DNA of 64,000 bases from a virus (taxonomy: Duplodnaviria > Heunggongvirae > Uroviricota > Caudoviricetes): positions 45,563 to 109,562 of IMG/VR virus record IMGVR_UViG_3300029705_000023; one strand, 5' to 3'. Under the pieces are notes generated by a model. That model was not told where the DNA came from. It was given only the letters and a program-made list of their open reading frames with translations, and ran no database searches. Position 1 is the first letter of the stretch, and every line of letters begins with the position of its first letter. Both the position numbers and the translations under genes were made by a program. This document shows, piece after piece, positions 36,987-46,100 of this stretch.

Positions 36987-36994
36987 GGTATTCA

Positions 36995-38074
36995 ATGATC
37001 AATTTTCATTTATTGTATAAGGCCGCGCAGGCGGAGCGGATGCTGAAAGAAGCAGGTCCTGCTCCGGGTCCTGCACAGCGGGCAGCGGGTCCTGTGAAGA
37101 ATCCGGCGGCAGTGCCGGCTCCGAGGATGAGCACTCTGGATGTTTTGGCGCGGCAGAACGCCAGACCGACGGCGGCGGGTCCTCCGCCGGGATGGGTCCC
37201 GCCTTCCATGCGAAATATCGGACCCGTACCGGTCCCGCGCAGTCCGCAGGGCGGTCCGGCTCCGAAAAGGGTGTACATTCCGCCTGTGCGTCAGGTTCCT
37301 GGATCTGTTACAGGTCCGGGCCGCAAGTTTGCGGCGCTTATAACAAAGGAGACGGAGGCGCAGAACAGGTATCTACGGGATCCTGCTTCTTTAGTGGAGG
37401 GGACACAGCAGGCAGAAGAGGCGTGGCGGGCTGCAGCAGAGAGGGCACAGCGGGAGTATTATCGGAAGCTGTGGGCGGAGGATAAGAAACTGGATCCGAC
37501 ACGGCCGCGCTGGTATCACGGCACTCCGCAGACCGGCTTGTATCCTGTACCGCGTTCGGAGAGAGCTTATCTGGATCGGACGTTTCCTTCGGGCGGCGGA
37601 TGGACAGGTGAAGGTATCCACGGTACCCACGAGTTTGTGCTGCGTACTACACCGGATGAGCTGCCGTATGCGTTGGGAGTTATAGAGCGGTATTCGAAGC
37701 ATCACGGGGTACGGGTGGCACCCACAACACCGCGGGCTATAAGCGATGGAGCGGAGCAGACAGCGCTCTCGCTGCTTAAGTGGTGTCCGCGTGGCTTTAT
37801 TATGCCTTCTCCTCTCAATACTGGTGCCGTGTGGTCAGGCCCGGGTGATCGCGATATGGACTCGTTTTATAAAGAAGACGACGGCAAGAAGATTGAGCGT
37901 TGGGACGGAACCGCGTACGACTATGGAACACGAAGGCGCAGGGCAGATCAGGCTGACGACGACAATTTTTATAATATAGGGACACCGACCCGGTACTCGG
38001 ATAATGTTAGTCTTGGTGGCAAACAGTGGGAGCCTGTGCGGGGAAATGTCAAGCCTCCGGCGGCTAAGCGGTAG
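36995..38074 (+). CDS. Pro-rich hypothetical protein, possibly virion-internal
   Basis: GAGG RBS; KxA motifs; followed by a terminator at 38079-38107. Confidence 0.7.
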   Translation: MINFHLLYKAAQAERMLKEAGPAPGPAQRAAGPVKNPAAVPAPRMSTLDVLARQNARPTAAGPPPGWVPPSMRNIGPVPVPRSPQGGPAPKRVYIPPVRQVPGSVTGPGRKFAALITKETEAQNRYLRDPASLVEGTQQAEEAWRAAAERAQREYYRKLWAEDKKLDPTRPRWYHGTPQTGLYPVPRSERAYLDRTFPSGGGWTGEGIHGTHEFVLRTTPDELPYALGVIERYSKHHGVRVAPTTPRAISDGAEQTALSLLKWCPRGFIMPSPLNTGAVWSGPGDRDMDSFYKEDDGKKIERWDGTAYDYGTRRRRADQADDDNFYNIGTPTRYSDNVSLGGKQWEPVRGNVKPPAAKR

Positions 38075-38171
38075 ATTTAAGACCCGATTCCTGTCGGGTC
38101 TTTTTTTATCTCTTGCAGACAGGCGGTTTTTACATAACATAGAGAGGAGTTATTAATAAAAGGAGGTTTTT

Positions 38172-38399
38172 ATGGACACGAAACGAAGCACGGTCGAGGA
38201 GCTGCTTGCCCGGTTGGCTATTGCGGCGGACACGATCGACGACTGTCTGGTCTTCTTGAGGAGAGCGCAGCTGCGCTCAGATGAGCAGATAATGGCGGAA
38301 GCAAACCTGGGCATGGGGCTGCATTGCCTGTGGGAGACGCTTTCACACGCACAGACAAAGGAACAGGGGAGGATTAAAGATGACACTGTCAGCGGATGA
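38172..38399 (+). CDS. Hypothetical protein
   Basis: AAGGAGG RBS directly after TTATTAATAA. Confidence 0.78.
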   Translation: MDTKRSTVEELLARLAIAADTIDDCLVFLRRAQLRSDEQIMAEANLGMGLHCLWETLSHAQTKEQGRIKDDTVSG

Positions 38400-38787
38400 G
38401 TACAGGAGCAGTCCCTCGCGGATATTCAACGGGTATGCCTGCGGGATGCCGTGCAAGGAACAGGAACAGGTGCAGGCGATCCTGAAATACATGTCGAAAA
38501 AGAAGAACTTCACCGTGGGAGGGGAACGGATGCACTTTTTGGCATGGGCAGTCAGGGAGCTTATCGAGAGCCGGGCGGTCTATGCGAAAGGGTCGCCGTT
38601 TAAGAGATGGCTTCGGGAATGGGCTTCGAAGATGCGCCCGTCCTGGTATGTCACGCCGCAGGACGGGGGTCCGCTGGGGAACGATTCCTACGAGCGGGCG
38701 ATAGCGGAGACAGTCGCGGATCTGGTCAGGCTCCTTTATCCGGAAGAGCTGGAGGACTGGCTGCCGAAAGAGGCATGGAAGCGTTGA
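38380..38787 (+). CDS. Hypothetical protein
   Basis: GGAGG RBS; terminator follows. Confidence 0.72.
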   Translation: MTLSADEYRSSPSRIFNGYACGMPCKEQEQVQAILKYMSKKKNFTVGGERMHFLAWAVRELIESRAVYAKGSPFKRWLREWASKMRPSWYVTPQDGGPLGNDSYERAIAETVADLVRLLYPEELEDWLPKEAWKR

Positions 38788-38819
38788 ACAGCAAGGGCAG
38801 GGATGCCCTTCTTTTTTTT

Positions 38820-38854
38820 ACTTAAAAACATAGGTTTTTGAGGCATATACCATG
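38820..38854 (+). promoter_or_regulatory. Copy of the recurrent promoter-like motif
   Basis: ACTTAAAAACATAGGTTTTTGAGGCATA-TACCAT-G. Confidence 0.6.
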
Positions 38855-38902
38855 AGCAACTTATGGTGAGCTGTAAATGATCGCTTTTTTGAAGGAGAAA
38901 GT

Positions 38903-39289
38903 ATGAAAAGAGTAGTTGTGTTTATGGGTATTCTTTTGGCGTCTACTGTTACTGTTACTGCTGGCGAGTTTCCTAAGGGTATTGGGCGGATTATTGCTGG
39001 CAACCCGCCGCGGGAGAAGCCGGTAAAAAAAGAAAAAGTTCTGCCCGATGATCTCGGGCGGATCGTCGCTGGCAACCCGCCGCGGGAGGAGCCGGCAAAG
39101 AAAAATAAGGAGGCGAGAGTTGTGACGGACGAATTGGTCCGCACAATGCTCGGGCTGCCTCCAGCGCCGGAGAAAGAGAGCCCGGTGCGGAAGATGGATC
39201 CGGAAGAACGGATCCAAATTCTGATTGGACCCCCTCCGGCGCCGCAGCCGGATCCGTGGCATCCTGAGTGGAAAGGAGGTCTGGGGTGA
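38903..39289 (+). CDS. Secreted protein with four GxPP-ending repeats
   Basis: Signal peptide MKRVVVFMGILLASTVTVTA; GRIIAGNPP and GRIVAGNPP repeats. Confidence 0.78.
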   Translation: MKRVVVFMGILLASTVTVTAGEFPKGIGRIIAGNPPREKPVKKEKVLPDDLGRIVAGNPPREEPAKKNKEARVVTDELVRTMLGLPPAPEKESPVRKMDPEERIQILIGPPPAPQPDPWHPEWKGGLG

Positions 39290-39858
39290 TCCGGTCCTTC
39301 TTTTTCCATCTGATGCTGTTAGTGGCTCTGCCGTTCTTCTGGACGGCGGAGCCGCAGCCGGTTCAAGCCACGGTGCCGGCTGTTACGGACGAGGTATGGC
39401 AGTTAAATTGGTTCGTAGCCTGTCTGAATAGGGTGGGGCTGGAATACTCCGCAGAGGAGGATGACCGGCTCCGGGACAGGGTGCTGAATTATACACTCTG
39501 GCTGCTGGAAACGCGGCCGGAAAGCTACTATTGGGTCTACGACTCTAAGACGGGAGTTTTAGAGAAGTTTGACCCGATGACAGGAACTCTGTGCTTGTCG
39601 TCGCTTTGCCGCGACGCGGGCACGCTGCGCCTCTTTCCTCTGGAGGCGCAGATCGTATGGGATATGTATAAGGTCCCGTATGATCATCGGCAATACAGTA
39701 CAGCCTGGGTCCTCTTGAAGGCTCAGACTGAATACTGTGTTGCCCGTGAGCCGGGGCGGTTCCGGCTTTGGATACTCGCGACGGAGGAACAACTCCGGAA
39801 CGAGTACCCGGGTATTTTCCGGCATGAACCGGAGATCCGGGATAGAACAGAAGAATAA
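39286..39858 (+). CDS. Secreted or membrane-anchored hypothetical protein
   Basis: GGAGG RBS, GTG start, hydrophobic N-terminus. Confidence 0.72.
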   Translation: MIRSFFFHLMLLVALPFFWTAEPQPVQATVPAVTDEVWQLNWFVACLNRVGLEYSAEEDDRLRDRVLNYTLWLLETRPESYYWVYDSKTGVLEKFDPMTGTLCLSSLCRDAGTLRLFPLEAQIVWDMYKVPYDHRQYSTAWVLLKAQTEYCVAREPGRFRLWILATEEQLRNEYPGIFRHEPEIRDRTEE

Positions 39859-39955
39859 GGATAAGGATAAGTAGACCCGGCAGTGTGCCGGGTTTTTTTC
39901 GTTTTCATTTAGCGGAGGCGCGTAGGGCGCTCCGTGTAATTTTAAGGAGAAAAAT

Positions 39956-41212
39956 ATGTTGTATTCTGAATTCGCTAAGAGTTTTAATAAGAAAGCCATT
40001 ATGTACATTCATAATGGCGGATTCCATGCTGATGACGTTCTGGCTGTAGCACTGGTGAAGGCGGTGCTGCCCAGCGTTTGCTGGAAGCGGACCCGGCACG
40101 TCCCGGACGGTGCCTTCGCGGTGGATGTTGGTGGTGGTCCATACGACCACCACTCCGTGCCGCGCCCGCGGTGGGAGGAGTATGACGCCCCGCATTGCGG
40201 GGCATCCCGTTTGTGGGTCGACCCCTTCTTTCAGGAGGTCTTCACTCGCCGGTTCGGCGTCGGACCGGCGGGAAGGCGGTGGATGGAAGAGACCCTCTTC
40301 CTTCCGATTTGTCGGGAGGACAATGGACTGCCCAGCCAGGGCACCAATTTATTGGGTGTAGTCAGGCATATGAACCCTGGCTGGGACGCGGTCCCGGACC
40401 AGGATTTCGAAGATACTTGCTTCGCCGAGGCCGTGGCCTTGGCGGAGAAGGTGCTGGAGGCTTGTATCAATCAAGCTCGGTGCGTCGACAGGGCCCAGTA
40501 CGTCCTGGAGGATATTCCGGACGAGGAGATCGTCCGGATCCCCGCCGGGTTGTCCGGCTGGAAGGACCGTTTGTCCGGTAAGATCACGAAATTCGTGATC
40601 TATCCGGCTTTATCCGGTGGATGGTCGGTGCAAGCCGTACCACCCGCGGCGGACCGGGTGACGGAACAAAAGATTCCGCACCCGGCGTCCTGGCGAGGAC
40701 TTCGCAACGAAGCCCTCTCGGAAGCCTCCGGACTTCCTGGCGGTATATTTTGCCACGCGTCTGGCTTCCTGTCTATCTGGCTGACGGAAGCGGACGCGTG
40801 GCGGGCAGCCCGTTGGATGGTACACAACTCCGGTTCGATTTATGAACCGGAATTGTTTACGGAGGATGCCCTTGCGGATCTTCGGGACGACGACGTCCAG
40901 AAAATTCCCCCGGGACTTAAGGGCTGGGAGCCAATCCTGGCAAACTTCGCGAAGGCGAAGTTCGTGATCGATTGGTATCTTGGCGCCTGGCGGATCCGCG
41001 GTGTACCGTCAAGCCCGGAGCCAGGGGCGCCGGTTAAAGTGCCGTTCCCGAAAGAATGGCACAACAAGATAGAAGGGGAGCTGGTCCGGGAGACCGGTCT
41101 ACCCGCCGCGATAGAGTGTCAAGAGGATTATGCCCTCTGGGGTACGATTCTTGACGCGCTGGATGCCGCGCGCCTGGCGATCAAGTTGTTTGAGGGTGAC
41201 TCGAAAGAGTAA
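39956..41212 (+). CDS. MYG1/UPF0160 (DHH-like) family protein with duplicated C-terminal domain
   Basis: HNGGFHADD, VDVGGGPYDHH and FCHASGF motifs. Confidence 0.8.
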   Translation: MLYSEFAKSFNKKAIMYIHNGGFHADDVLAVALVKAVLPSVCWKRTRHVPDGAFAVDVGGGPYDHHSVPRPRWEEYDAPHCGASRLWVDPFFQEVFTRRFGVGPAGRRWMEETLFLPICREDNGLPSQGTNLLGVVRHMNPGWDAVPDQDFEDTCFAEAVALAEKVLEACINQARCVDRAQYVLEDIPDEEIVRIPAGLSGWKDRLSGKITKFVIYPALSGGWSVQAVPPAADRVTEQKIPHPASWRGLRNEALSEASGLPGGIFCHASGFLSIWLTEADAWRAARWMVHNSGSIYEPELFTEDALADLRDDDVQKIPPGLKGWEPILANFAKAKFVIDWYLGAWRIRGVPSSPEPGAPVKVPFPKEWHNKIEGELVRETGLPAAIECQEDYALWGTILDALDAARLAIKLFEGDSKE

Positions 41213-41289
41213 CCTTCGCGAGACCCCAGTCCTCCGGGGGTGTAATAAATACGGAGTTTTTGTTTTTCTATTTTTTTCAGGAGAGAAAC

Positions 41290-41490
41290 ATGAACGAACA
41301 AGACGTTCTGAAGGTCCATGGGTCCCTGTCGACACTGCGTCAGCAGTTTCACGAGTTGGAAGATAAAATCGCCGAGTTGCTGGCGAATTTTTATGTCTCC
41401 CTCAAGTGGACTCAGCTGGACCTCGACGAAGAGTTGGGGCTGCGGGACGCACTGGAGCTGTTGACAGCCGAGCAGGCTGAAGAGCTGTAG
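41290..41490 (+). CDS. Small coiled-coil hypothetical protein
   Basis: AGGAG RBS; between two terminator-like hairpins. Confidence 0.7.
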   Translation: MNEQDVLKVHGSLSTLRQQFHELEDKIAELLANFYVSLKWTQLDLDEELGLRDALELLTAEQAEEL

Positions 41491-41625
41491 TCTGTTCATA
41501 GCCGTGGTGAGGAGTCGTAGGGACCCTCGCCGCGTTTCTCTTTTTTTACCTATTGGAACTCTTTACAGGTTTGGTTTTTCTTTTATCATAGAAGGAGACA
41601 CGATACTTTACAGAAAGGGAATGAG

Positions 41626-42327
41626 ATGGGAGTTGGGAATTTACATGGCTTAGAGAAATGCAGTCTGGTAGACTATCCGGGAAAGATCTCGGCAGTTCTT
41701 TTTTTCGGAGGCTGCAATCTGCGGTGCCCGTTCTGTCACAATCCGGCGCTGGTGCTGGATCCGGACAGTCAGCCGCAGGTGTCGTTTAATGAGTACATCC
41801 GGTTCCTGAACGGGCGTAAGGGATTACTGGACATGATCGTCTTTTCCGGAGGCGAACCGACATTGTGTCCAGATCTTGGGGAGTGGATCTCCGCCGCGAA
41901 GACACGGCATTTTGACACGAAGTTGGACACGAACGGAACAAGACCGGAGATCGTGCGGAAGGTGCTGGATGAGCTGAGCCACCTGTCGCTGGACTTTAAG
42001 ACCGCTCCGGATCGGATGAGCGAGCTGGGAATGGATTTTCAGGAGAAGTGGCTGGAGACGCTGGATCTGGCGTGCTCCGCCCCGAACATCCAGCTGGAAG
42101 TCCGCACGACGATCCATCCGCAGATCCAGACGGCGGAAGACTTGAAGGCAATGGGCGTGCTTCTGAAAGAGCGCGGCATTACCCACTGGGTCTGGCAGCA
42201 GTTCCGCCGGATCGAGACGGTCGCGGCGGGTTTTGAGACATTGCCGATCTACACGCCGGATAACCTGTTCGATATGGCGGAAGAGATCCATTGTGATGAA
42301 CTTCAAATCAAGATTCGCGGTATATAA
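41626..42327 (+). CDS. nrdG: Anaerobic RNR-activating radical SAM protein
   Basis: SLVDYPGK, GCNLRCPFCHNP (CxxxCxxC), FSGGEPT, KLDTNG. Confidence 0.88.
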   Translation: MGVGNLHGLEKCSLVDYPGKISAVLFFGGCNLRCPFCHNPALVLDPDSQPQVSFNEYIRFLNGRKGLLDMIVFSGGEPTLCPDLGEWISAAKTRHFDTKLDTNGTRPEIVRKVLDELSHLSLDFKTAPDRMSELGMDFQEKWLETLDLACSAPNIQLEVRTTIHPQIQTAEDLKAMGVLLKERGITHWVWQQFRRIETVAAGFETLPIYTPDNLFDMAEEIHCDELQIKIRGI

Positions 42328-42328
42328 A

Positions 42329-42359
42329 AGAAGGGATCTGAAAAGGATCCCTTTTTTTT
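42329..42359 (+). terminator. Intrinsic, possibly bidirectional, terminator
   Basis: AAGGGATC-TGAAAAG-GATCCCTT plus T-tract. Confidence 0.75.
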
Positions 42360-42367
42360 CGGGTGTG

Positions 42368-42490
42368 CTATTTACGAGGAAGGCGGTCTTTGTTGGCAAA
42401 GTAGTAACACACAAAGGGTAACTCGAGCAGGAAACCGATGACAGAGAGCAGGTTAGGAATGAGGCAAATAAAAAACATCCAGGTAAACAT
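42368..42490 (-). CDS. Possible 40-aa membrane peptide
   Basis: Hand translation: MFTWMFFICLIPNLLSVIGFLLELPFVCYYFANKDRLPRK; no clear RBS. Confidence 0.35.
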   Translation of the reverse strand: MFTWMFFICLIPNLLSVIGFLLELPFVCYYFANKDRLPRK

Positions 42491-42589
42491 ACGCAGTGCG
42501 GCGTAGGGGTTTCGATAGAACGCTGTCCTGTTACAGTTCTTGTTATTTTTTCAGGAATTTGTTAAACTTTTCTTCTGTGAGGGAAGTTT

Positions 42590-43102
42590 ATGGATCATGA
42601 AAGGCTTAAATCGGCACTGGAGTTATTGTGGGACATTCCCGGGGAATGGACCTGCGGGGAACTGATGTCCCGGTATCCGTCCTTTATCGATGCGCTGGCG
42701 GATGTGCTTCACGCGGCGGGCTACCGGTTTCCGCGGGTATTCTCGTGGGTGCATGAGATCGCGTCCTGGGCAGTGACCGCGGAGAAGGACAGGAAGTATT
42801 ATCATATCTACCGGGCAATGGATCATCTTCCGGCGATGGACTCTGAATCGCTTTCGGAGGAGGAGTTTCGGCGGCGGATCGTTCGGTTATTAATAACCTT
42901 CGCGGAGCGTCCCGTACCGGGACAGGATCTTCGGGAGACACACCGGAGGACAGCCTACTTCTCCGCTCTGGTGCGGATACTGGATCACCTGAAGCTCTGG
43001 GACAGCTCTCTGGCGGAGACGCAGGCATTGATCCGGGATATGAGATGGGGGCGGGTCACAAAAGACGGCATGGACAGGATCGAAGGACAGCTGAATGGAT
43101 AA
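42590..43102 (+). CDS. Hypothetical protein overlapping the RNAP start
   Basis: GAGGG RBS; 8-nt overlap with the RNAP gene. Confidence 0.75.
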   Translation: MDHERLKSALELLWDIPGEWTCGELMSRYPSFIDALADVLHAAGYRFPRVFSWVHEIASWAVTAEKDRKYYHIYRAMDHLPAMDSESLSEEEFRRRIVRLLITFAERPVPGQDLRETHRRTAYFSALVRILDHLKLWDSSLAETQALIRDMRWGRVTKDGMDRIEGQLNG

Positions 43103-46100
43103 CTTGAAGGATTTTCGGGAAGTCGGGGATATTGAAGCTACCCGGCAGGCGATCTGGGATCAGGCATTGGAAGCGGCATCCTCGCTGGAGCCGGTGAGCA
43201 ACAGCCGATACACACTGGGGCTGACGGACGTCCGCTGGCAGGGAAAGGACGTCTTCCCGAAGGCGGAGCATAAAAAGGCTCTGATGAACGGGACCTATCT
43301 GACCCGAAAACTCTCCGGAACGTGGACGCTTACAGACAACGCTACCGGACAGCAGGTCGCCAAACGCCGTACGGTCATTGCGCACGTGCCGTATATGACA
43401 GATATGGGGACCTTTGTACGCGGCGGGAATGACTACACGCTGGCGCACCAGCTGCGTCTGAAGCCGGGGGTCTACACCCGCTGGCTGGATAACGGTGAGC
43501 TGGAAGCGCATGTGAACGTTTCCAGGGGGCTGGGGCACAAGATCTATCTGGATCCGGCGTCCGGTATCTTCAAGCTCAAGATGGGGCAGGCTTCTGTTCC
43601 GGTAGCCGATGCACTGGAGATCCTCGGTGCTCCGCAGGATAAAATGCGCAAGGCGTGGGGCGAGGAGCTTTACCGGCAAAATACATTCAAGCGCGATCCG
43701 AAAGCGCTCAACAAGCTCTACGAAAAACTGACTTACGGCAAGGGTGAGGCGCAGACGCAGGAAGAGAAGAAGCTCGCCATTCAGCAGGCATTCGCAAAGA
43801 TGGGGCTGGATCCGCAGGTCTCGCAGGTGACGCTCGGTAAGCCGTACTCGGTCGTAGATCCGGATGTTATTCTGGATACGACCGCCAAGCTCCTGCGCAT
43901 CAACAAGGGGCTTCAGGATACGGATTCCCGCGACGACATGGCTTTTCAGCGTCTGTTTGGTCCGGAGGATCTCATCGCGGATAAAATACGCTCTTCCGGT
44001 AATCTGATGCGGCAGTATCTCTGGCGGGCATCTCAGCGAAATGCACTGGATAAGATACCTGCGGGAGCTTTTGACGCGAATGTGGACAGTGTACTTATCG
44101 GCACGGGGCTGGGAATGCCTATCGAAGGGATCAACCCGATCGAAACGTTCGATAACCAGTTCCGCGTAACGCGCCTTGGCGAGGGCGGTATCGCTTCGCT
44201 GGACGCGATCCCGGCTTCTGCCAGAAACGTGCATCCTTCCCAGATGGGACTGATCGACCCGATCCGTACGCCGGAATCGCTGAAAGTCGGTGTGGATGCC
44301 CGTCTTGCCGGAAACGTCCGCAAGGGAAAGGACGGGCAGATCTACACACGGCTTCTGGATAAGAAAGGAAACAGTCAGTGGCGGTCTGCTACGGATATTG
44401 CGCAGTATGCCGTAGCGTTTCCGGGAGCGATGCAGTCGCCGTATAACTTCGTTCCGTGCGTGAAGGCCGGACGGATGCTGATGCTTCCGAAGGCGGAGAT
44501 CGACTTTGCCTATCCGAATATGCAGTCGGCGCAGCATGCTACCGGGCGGCTGGTGCCGATGACTGCCAACGTAAAAGGGCAGCGTGCCGTGATGGCCGCC
44601 AGAATGCTGACGCAGGCGCTTCCGCTTCAGAACGCGGAGGCTCCGCTGGTCCAGACCGGGATGCCGGATGAGGAAGACAAGAGCTACGAGGAGCACTACG
44701 GCTCCCGCTTTGGGGCGATCCGAGCTACGGAACCGTGTCAGGTCATTGACGCGGGTCCGGATAAGGTGACGGTACGCACGAGGTCAGGAGAGACCAAAGA
44801 TATTGAACTCTATCGGGATCTGGTATTCAACCGAAAGACGGGACTGTCTCAGCAGGCGGTAGTCCAGCCCGGCACGGTCCTGAAGCCGGGGGACCTGATC
44901 GCGCGTTCCAACTTCACGGACGACAAGGGTGCGATGGCTGTCGGGATGAATGCCAGGATCGCGTTCCTGCCGTATCAGGGACTGAACTTTGAAGATGCTA
45001 TCGTGGTGAGCGAGAGCTTTGCGAAGCGGATGGCGTCGGAGCACTACTACAAGAACCGGCTTGCCGGAGGCTCGGACACGACAGTCGATACCCAGAAATT
45101 CCTTGCCATGAAGCCGGGAATGTACACGAAAGAGCAGACGGCGAACTTTACGGAGGATGGTTTGATCAAGCCGGGCACGGTAGTGCGTCCTGGCGATCCG
45201 CTTATCCTCGCCGTCACGAAGATCGAACCGACAGAGGCGCAGCGAAAGCTCGGAAGAAAGGCGCATTGGCGGGATTCTTCCGTGAAATGGGAGCACCATG
45301 ACGACGGGATCGTGACGGATGTCTATCAGGACGCCAAGGGTGCGCAGGTCATCGTAAAATCCCGGCAGGAACTGCAGGTCGCGGATAAGATCTCCGGGCG
45401 GTACGGCAATAAGGGAGTCGTTTCCGCCATCGTTCCGGATGCTGAACTGCCTTCTTTGCCGGATGGAAGCAAGCCGGAGGTGCTTATGTCCCCTCTGGCG
45501 ATCGTTGGACGCGTGAATCCAGGCTTTGTTTTGGAGACTCTGCTCGGAAAAATAGCGAAAGTGACCGGCAAACGCTATGCTCTGAAGGATTTTGGAGGCA
45601 GTACGGAGGATGTTGCGCGTTTTGTGGCGGAGGAAGCGAAGAAATACGGCATCAAAGACGTGGAAGACATGATCGATGACTCGGATCCGGACCATCCGAG
45701 GGTCATTCCGCAGGTCCTTAACGGCTACACCTACATGATGAAGCTCCATCACTCTGCGGAATCGAAGGCGCAGGGACGCGGAATAGGCTCCTACACCAAC
45801 GATCTTCAGCCTGCGAAGGGCGGAGATGACGGCGCGAAGAAGATCGGGATGCTGGAACTCTCCGCGCTGCTCAGTCACGGTGCTCTGAGCAACGTCGCGG
45901 ACATGAAATACGTCAAAGGGCAGGAAAATCTGGACTATTGGCGGCAGTATACCGCCGGATACAACCCGCCGACACCCCGGATCCCTTACGTTTACCACAA
46001 GTTCGTGAATTTTTTGAAGGGTTCCGGCATTCACGTGCAGCGGGAAGGCTCCAGAGTCCACATTATGGCGCTGACCGCGAAGGATGTGGACCAGATGACC

